From Armatimonadota bacterium (lineage in GTDB: Bacteria > Sysuimicrobiota > Sysuimicrobiia > Sysuimicrobiales > Kaftiobacteriaceae): 64,000 nucleotides of DNA. Every line of letters begins with the position of its first letter. Position 1 is the first letter of the stretch. The notes beneath the pieces were generated by a model. It was not told the DNA's origin. It ran no database searches and worked only from the letters and a program-made list of their open reading frames with translations. A program made the position numbers and the translations under genes. This document shows, one piece after another, positions 58,510 to 64,000 of this stretch. The DNA lies in the NCBI GenBank assembly GCA_037440005.1, contig JBBIUY010000011.1, forward strand, positions 1-64,000, given 5' to 3'.

Positions 58510-58542
58510 TTCGCCCTCCCGGTCCTGCGTCCGTGTCCGGCT

Positions 58543-59469
58543 TCACTGTAGCATGGTGAGGATCAGGTCGGCTACCTGGGCGGGCGCCAGGTCGTCCACG
58601 TCCAGCCACCGGATGCGCGGATCCCGCCGGAACCAGATCCACTGCCGCCGGGCGTAGCGGCGGGTATGGCGCACCAGGCGGGCGACCGCCTCCTCCAGCG
58701 AACACTCCCCCCGCAGGTACGGCACGATCTCCTTGTACCCCAGCCCCTGCATCGCCGGCAGCCGGGGGTCGTAGCCCCGGGCCAGCAGGGCCCGCACCTC
58801 GTCCACCAGGCCCCGGTCCAGCTGCTCCCATACCCGGGCTTCGATGCGCCGGTCCAGGGCGGCGCGGTCCATGGTCAGGCCGATCTGCACCACCGCGCCC
58901 ACCGGGTCGGCGCGCTGCCACTCGGAGATGGGCCGGCCGGTGCGGGCATACACCTCCAGGGCCCGGACCAGCCGGCGCACGTTGCGGGGGTGGATGCGGG
59001 CGGCGGCGCGGGGGTCGACCTGCCGCAGCCGGGCGTGCAGGACGCCGGGCTGGGCCCGCTCCTCCTCCTCCAGGCGCGCCCGCAGCGCGGGATCGGGCGG
59101 CACCGGGGGGATGGCGAACCCGTCCACCACGGCCCGGATGTACAGCCCGGTTCCCCCCACCAGCAGGGGCACGCGCCCGCGGCGGCGGATGGCGTCCAAG
59201 GCCTCCAGGGCCAGGGTCCGGTACACCGCCAGGGTCACGGTCTGGTCCGGGTCGGCGACGTCCAGCAGGTGATGGGGCACCTGCCGGCGCTGCTCGGGGG
59301 TCGGTTTGGCGGTGCCGATGTCCATGCCCCGGTACAGGGTCCGGGAGTCGGCGCAGACGATCTCCCCGCCGATGCGGCGGGCCAGTTCCACGGCGGCGGC
59401 GGACTTGCCCACCGCCGTGGGGCCGCAGATCACCACCAGGGTCTGCGGGTCTAGCGGCGCAGAAACCAC
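58543..59469 (-). CDS. miaA: tRNA dimethylallyltransferase
   Basis: GPTAVGKS, MDIGTAKP, GGTGLY, GLGYKE. Confidence 0.95.
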   Translation of the reverse strand: MVSAPLDPQTLVVICGPTAVGKSAAAVELARRIGGEIVCADSRTLYRGMDIGTAKPTPEQRRQVPHHLLDVADPDQTVTLAVYRTLALEALDAIRRRGRVPLLVGGTGLYIRAVVDGFAIPPVPPDPALRARLEEEERAQPGVLHARLRQVDPRAAARIHPRNVRRLVRALEVYARTGRPISEWQRADPVGAVVQIGLTMDRAALDRRIEARVWEQLDRGLVDEVRALLARGYDPRLPAMQGLGYKEIVPYLRGECSLEEAVARLVRHTRRYARRQWIWFRRDPRIRWLDVDDLAPAQVADLILTMLQ

Positions 59470-61157
59470 GACTCCAGGGTCGTCCTGGGCACGGCGACGA
59501 GGGTGGGCCGGCCGTGAAAGCAGGTGAACGGGTCCCGGGTGCGGGCCAGGTCCGCCAGCAGGGAGGCCATCTCCGCGGGGGTGAGGACGTCCCCCGCCCG
59601 GACCGCGGACCGGCAGGCGGTGGCGATGGTCAGCCGCTCCAGCAGGTCCTCCACCTCCCGCGGGCGGTCAGCGGCCAGGTCGGCCAGCAGGCCGGCCAGG
59701 AGCCGGTCGGGGGACAGCCGGGCGGCGATGGCCGGGACGGAGCGGACCAGCACCGCGTCTTCTCCGAAGTCCTCCACGACGCACCCGAGGTCGGCCAGGG
59801 CCTCCCGGCAGGACGCCAGCAGGGCGGCCTCGGGAGGGCGCAGCCTCACCACCGCCGGGGGGACCAGCTCCTGGCCGTCGGCCACGCCGGCCCGGCGGCG
59901 CTCGATCAGGCGCTCGTACAGGACGCGCTCGTGGGCGGCGTGCTGGTCGATGAGCACCAGGCCGTCCGGACCCTCGGCCAGCAGGTAGGTGCGGTGCACC
60001 TGTCCCAGCAGCCGCAGGGCCGGCAGCCGCCCGGCGGCGGGGACCTCCACCGGCGCCTCAGGACCCGCCGGCACCTGTGGCACCGCAAGGTCCAGGGGCT
60101 CGGACACGCCCGCCGGTCCGGGGGTCCCCCACCCCGCCGCTGTCACCGCCGGGATGAGGCTGGCCCGCTGCACCGCCGCCCGCACCGCGCGGAAGGCGGC
60201 CGCGCAGACGGCGCGCTCGTCGTCAAAGCGCACGTCCAGCTTGCGCGGGTGGACGTTGACGTCCACGCGTCCGGGAGGCACCTCCACGAACAGGACAAAC
60301 GCCGGGTGGCGGCTGGCGGGCAGGAGCTGGTGGTAGGCCTCCTCCACCGCGGCGGTCAGAGCGCGGCTGTGGACCGGGCGGCGGTTGACACACAGGTGCT
60401 GCAGGGAGCGGGTGGTCCGGGCCAGTTCCGGGCGGCCCGCCCACCCCCACACCCGGATCCCGCCGGACCGGTCGTCTACGGGCAGCATCCGTCCGGCGGC
60501 GTCCCTGCCCACCACGGCCGCCAGCCGGTCCGGCGGGTCGGCCGGCGGGTAGCGCAGCACCTCGGCGCCGGCGTGGATCAGCGAGAAGGCCACCTGGGGC
60601 GCGGCCAGGGCCAGGCGGTCCACCGCGTCCACGATGAGGGCGAACTCCCGGGCGGGGGATTTCAGGAACTTGCGCCGCGCCGGCGTGTTGAAGAACAGGT
60701 GGCGGACGGTGACCACCGTGCCCGGCGGGGCGCCCACCGGCTCGTCGAGCTCCACCTCTCCGCCCCGGACCCGCAGGCGCCGGCCCGCGGGCTCGCCCGG
60801 GACGGCGCTGACCAGCTCCAGCAGGGAGACGGCGGCGATGCTGGGCAGGGCTTCCCCCCGAAAGCCGAAGGACCGCACCTCCTGCAGGTCCTCGGTCGTC
60901 GCGATCTTGCTGGTGGCAAACCGCCGCACGGCCAGCGGCACGTCCTCGGGGTGGATGCCGCAGCCGTCGTCGGCGACCCGGATGAGGTCCAGCCCCGCGC
61001 CGGCCACCTCGACGACGATCCGGCCGGCTCCGGCGTCCAGGCTGTTTTCCACCAGCTCCTTGACCACCGAGGCCGGGCGCTCCACCACCTCGCCGGCGGC
61101 GATCCGGTCGGCCACGGACGGGTCGAGGATGCGGATCCGGTCCACGGAGGCAGGCAT
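59451..61157 (-). CDS. mutL: DNA mismatch repair endonuclease MutL
   Basis: IAAGEVVERPAS, GFRGEAL, DQHAAHER, CFHGRP. Confidence 0.96.
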   Translation of the reverse strand: MPASVDRIRILDPSVADRIAAGEVVERPASVVKELVENSLDAGAGRIVVEVAGAGLDLIRVADDGCGIHPEDVPLAVRRFATSKIATTEDLQEVRSFGFRGEALPSIAAVSLLELVSAVPGEPAGRRLRVRGGEVELDEPVGAPPGTVVTVRHLFFNTPARRKFLKSPAREFALIVDAVDRLALAAPQVAFSLIHAGAEVLRYPPADPPDRLAAVVGRDAAGRMLPVDDRSGGIRVWGWAGRPELARTTRSLQHLCVNRRPVHSRALTAAVEEAYHQLLPASRHPAFVLFVEVPPGRVDVNVHPRKLDVRFDDERAVCAAAFRAVRAAVQRASLIPAVTAAGWGTPGPAGVSEPLDLAVPQVPAGPEAPVEVPAAGRLPALRLLGQVHRTYLLAEGPDGLVLIDQHAAHERVLYERLIERRRAGVADGQELVPPAVVRLRPPEAALLASCREALADLGCVVEDFGEDAVLVRSVPAIAARLSPDRLLAGLLADLAADRPREVEDLLERLTIATACRSAVRAGDVLTPAEMASLLADLARTRDPFTCFHGRPTLVAVPRTTLESWFLRR

Positions 61158-61178
61158 CGACTCACCGGTCCCGGGCGC

Positions 61179-63866
61179 TTAGCGTCCGGGGTCGGGCCCC
61201 GGCGCCTTCCGCCTCATCCGCACCACCTTCCCTCCCTCCGCCGGGCGGGGCGCGGCGTACTGGCGGCGCAGCCTCTCCCGCAGGTCATGGAGGGCGGCCA
61301 TGGCGTCCATCGGCGTCATCGACTCCAGGGGCAGGGCCAGCAGCGCCTCCTCCACCGCCGACGGCGCCGCCAGGGGCAGGGACAGCTGCCAGGCGCCGGT
61401 GGCGCGGGAGGGCACGGGGGGCAGGAACGCCTCCCCCGCCGGGGCCGCCCGGGCGGTGGCCTCCAGCCGCGCCAGGATGCGCCGGGCCTGCTCGATCACC
61501 GCCGGCGGCAGCCCGGCCAGCTGCGCCACGTGGATGCCGTAGCTGCGGTCGGCGCGGCCGTCGGCCACCTGGCGCAGGAAGACGATCCGCTGGCCCTCCT
61601 CCCGGACCAGCATGGTGACGTTGCGCACCCGCGGCAGCAGGTCGGCCAGCTCGGTCAGTTCGTGGTAGTGGGTGGCGAACAAGGTGCGGGCGCCCACGCG
61701 GTCGTGCAGGTACTCCACCACCGCCCACGCCAGGCTCATCCCGTCGTAGGTGGAGGTCCCCCGCCCCACCTCGTCCAGGATGATCAGGCTGCGGGCGGTG
61801 GCGTGGTGGAGGATGTGGGCCACCTCCTGCATCTCCACCAGGAAGGTGCTCCGTCCCGTGGCCAGGTCGTCGGTGGCCCCCACCCGGGTGAAGATCCGGT
61901 CCACCACGCCGATCCGCGCCGCCGCCGCGGGGACGTACGACCCGATCTGAGCCAGGAGCACGATCAGGGCGGCCTGGCGCAGGTAGGTGGACTTGCCGGC
62001 CATGTTGGGGCCGGTCACGATGAGGATGGCGCGGTCGTGGGGGGTCATCACCAGGTCGTTGGGGACGAACCGCTCCTCCGCCCGCGTCCGCTCCACCACC
62101 GGGTGCCGGCCGGCGCGGATCTCCAGGATCGGCTCGTCGGTGATCTCCGGACGGGTGTAGCCTCCGGCGACCGCCACCTCGGCCAGGGCCGCCAGGGCGT
62201 CCAGGTCGGCCACCGCGTCGGCCGTGCGCAGCAGCGGCCCCGCCTGCGCCGCCACCTGGTCCCGGACCTGTGCAAACAGCGCCGCCTCCAGCTCGGCGAT
62301 GCGTTCCTCGGCGCCCAGGATGGCGGCCTCTTTCTCCTTCATCTCCTGGGTGACGAACCGCTCGGCCCCCACCAGGGTCTGCTTGCGGATGTAGTCGGGC
62401 GGCACCAGGTGCAGGTTGGGCCGGGTCACCTCCAGGTAGTAGCCGAACACCTTGTTGTAGCCCACCCGCAGCGACTTGATCCCGGTGCGCTGGCGCTCGG
62501 TCGCCTCCAAGGTGGCGATCCACGCCTTGCCCTCCCGGCTCAGGCGCCGCAGCTCATCCAGTTCGGGGCTGTAGCCGTCCCGGATGACGCCGCCGTCCTG
62601 CACGGTGGCCGGAGGATGGTCGGCGATCGCCGCCTCGATGAGGGCCGCCACCGCGGTGTGGTCCCCCACCGCATCCCGCCGGTCCGCCAGAAGTTCGGGG
62701 AGGTCGCCGCCCAGGCATCCCGCCAGGGACGGGAGCCGGCGCAGCGACGCCGCCAGGGCCACCAGGTCCCGGGGCGTGGCCGACCCGTGACCGGCCCGGC
62801 CGACCAGCCGGTGCAGGTCGGCCAGACCCCGCAGGCTGGCCCGCACGTCCTCCCGGACCCGGGTCTGGCCCACCAGGTACGCCACCGCCTCCTGGCGGCG
62901 GAGAATCGCCGGGCGGTCCCGCAGCGGCTGCAGCAGCCACTGCCGCAGCCGGCGGGCGCCCATCGGTGTCAGGGTCTGGTCCACCACCTCCAGCAGCGTG
63001 CCCCGACTCCCCCCGTCCCGCAGGTTGCGGACCAGCTCCAGGTTCCTCCGGGTGGCCTCGTCCACCACCGGGCCGCCGTCGGCGCTGTAGGTCACCAGGC
63101 GCCACAGGTGGCGGAGGGGGGCGCGCTGGGTCTGCTGCAGGTAGTGCAGCAGCGCGCCGGCGGCCGCCACCGCCAGGGGCAGGTGCTCGCAGCCGTACCC
63201 GTCCAGGGTCGCCACCTGGAAGTGGGCCAGCAGCCGCTGGCGCGCGGTGGCCGGGTCGAACGCCCACGCCTCCAGGCGGGTCAGGTGGCTGCCGTCCGGC
63301 AGCAGCCCCTCCACGTCGGCGGCGTCGTCGGGGACCAGCACCTCCCGTGGGGCCAGGCGGGCCAACTCCTCGGCCATCCGCGCCGCCGCCTCAGCTCCGG
63401 CCAGTTCGGTCACGCAGAACTCGCCGGTGGACAGGTCGGCCGCCGCCAGCCCCCAGGCGGCCCCGCCCGGGCGCAGGGCCGCCAGGAAGTTGTTGGCATG
63501 GCCGGGCAGCAGGGCGGGTTCCACCAGGGTGCCGGGGGTGACCACCCGCACCACGTCCCGGCGGACCAGTCCCCGCGCCCGGCGCGGGTCCTCCAGCTGC
63601 TCGCAGATGGCGATGCGGTGCCCCCGCTCCACCAGCCGCGCCAGGTAGCTGTCCAGGGCGTGGTGGGGAATCCCGCACATGGGGACGCGGCGGCCCTTGC
63701 CCACCTCCCGGGACGTGAGGGTGATCTCCAGGTCCCGGGCGGCCACCACGGCGTCGTCGAAGAACAGTTCGTAGAAGTCACCCAGCCGGAACATCAGCAG
63801 CATGCCGGGATAGCGGGCCCGCAGCTGCTGGTACTGGCGCATCATCGGGGTCAGATCCCGGTGCAC
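61179..63866 (-). CDS. mutS: DNA mismatch repair protein MutS
   Basis: TPMMRQY, GDFYE, TGPNMAGKS, STFLVEM, DEVGRGT. Confidence 0.96.
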   Translation of the reverse strand: MHRDLTPMMRQYQQLRARYPGMLLMFRLGDFYELFFDDAVVAARDLEITLTSREVGKGRRVPMCGIPHHALDSYLARLVERGHRIAICEQLEDPRRARGLVRRDVVRVVTPGTLVEPALLPGHANNFLAALRPGGAAWGLAAADLSTGEFCVTELAGAEAAARMAEELARLAPREVLVPDDAADVEGLLPDGSHLTRLEAWAFDPATARQRLLAHFQVATLDGYGCEHLPLAVAAAGALLHYLQQTQRAPLRHLWRLVTYSADGGPVVDEATRRNLELVRNLRDGGSRGTLLEVVDQTLTPMGARRLRQWLLQPLRDRPAILRRQEAVAYLVGQTRVREDVRASLRGLADLHRLVGRAGHGSATPRDLVALAASLRRLPSLAGCLGGDLPELLADRRDAVGDHTAVAALIEAAIADHPPATVQDGGVIRDGYSPELDELRRLSREGKAWIATLEATERQRTGIKSLRVGYNKVFGYYLEVTRPNLHLVPPDYIRKQTLVGAERFVTQEMKEKEAAILGAEERIAELEAALFAQVRDQVAAQAGPLLRTADAVADLDALAALAEVAVAGGYTRPEITDEPILEIRAGRHPVVERTRAEERFVPNDLVMTPHDRAILIVTGPNMAGKSTYLRQAALIVLLAQIGSYVPAAAARIGVVDRIFTRVGATDDLATGRSTFLVEMQEVAHILHHATARSLIILDEVGRGTSTYDGMSLAWAVVEYLHDRVGARTLFATHYHELTELADLLPRVRNVTMLVREEGQRIVFLRQVADGRADRSYGIHVAQLAGLPPAVIEQARRILARLEATARAAPAGEAFLPPVPSRATGAWQLSLPLAAPSAVEEALLALPLESMTPMDAMAALHDLRERLRRQYAAPRPAEGGKVVRMRRKAPGPDPGR

Positions 63867-64000
63867 GCCTCCCTCCTTCGACGGGCGGCCGGCCCGCTAC
63901 CTGCGGGGGCCGGCATTCGGGGAAGCCAAGCAGTGCTAAACCGCATCCTTCTTCCTCCCCCGCGGCCCTGGCGTCGCCGGCACGCCTGGGCGCCGGGTCC

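Noticed and set aside
63930..63940. CIRCE (HrcA) element (TTAGCACT on the minus strand)
   Set aside because: Only a half-site; no matching inverted arm 9 nt away.
63851..63946. 31-codon ORF overlapping the mutS start
   Set aside because: At the window edge; the purine-rich upstream sequence could equally be the 3' end of an upstream gene.

Overview
A very GC-rich (roughly 70-75% by eye) bacterial chromosome segment of Terrabacteria type: Gram-positive-style LexA box, ScpAB, PlsX/PlsY, ECF S components and DapL lysine route. It is mostly core genome: acyl-CoA metabolism (Cys-less thiolase-like pair, acyl-CoA dehydrogenase, EtfBA, B12 mutase with isobutyryl-CoA mutase signature), lysA-scpAB-dac-cmk-plsC-ispH-der-plsY, tRNA-Pro(GGG), acs, a sugar ABC transporter, a two-riboswitch vitamin-salvage block, hslO-rpmB-recG-rsmD-coaD-rpmF-plsX-fab-rnc, a paaABCD-like epoxidase cluster with an inserted DinB gene, lexA, and mutS-mutL-miaA-dapL-hflX on the minus strand. 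No CRISPR, rRNA, prophage or transposase was seen. Best lead: an FMN-like riboswitch with substitutions at normally invariant core positions and a 31-nt loop insertion. It controls an ECF S component plus an uncharacterised PurM/ThiL-fold enzyme, mirroring the adjacent TPP riboswitch-thiT-thiN module, and may be an undescribed cofactor uptake/activation system. Other leads: a XerCD dif site at 55217-55244 near the gene-orientation switch (probable replication terminus), likely ATC starts for scpA and hflX, leaderless genes, a GATC heptamer array, and a tiny prepilin-like peptide.
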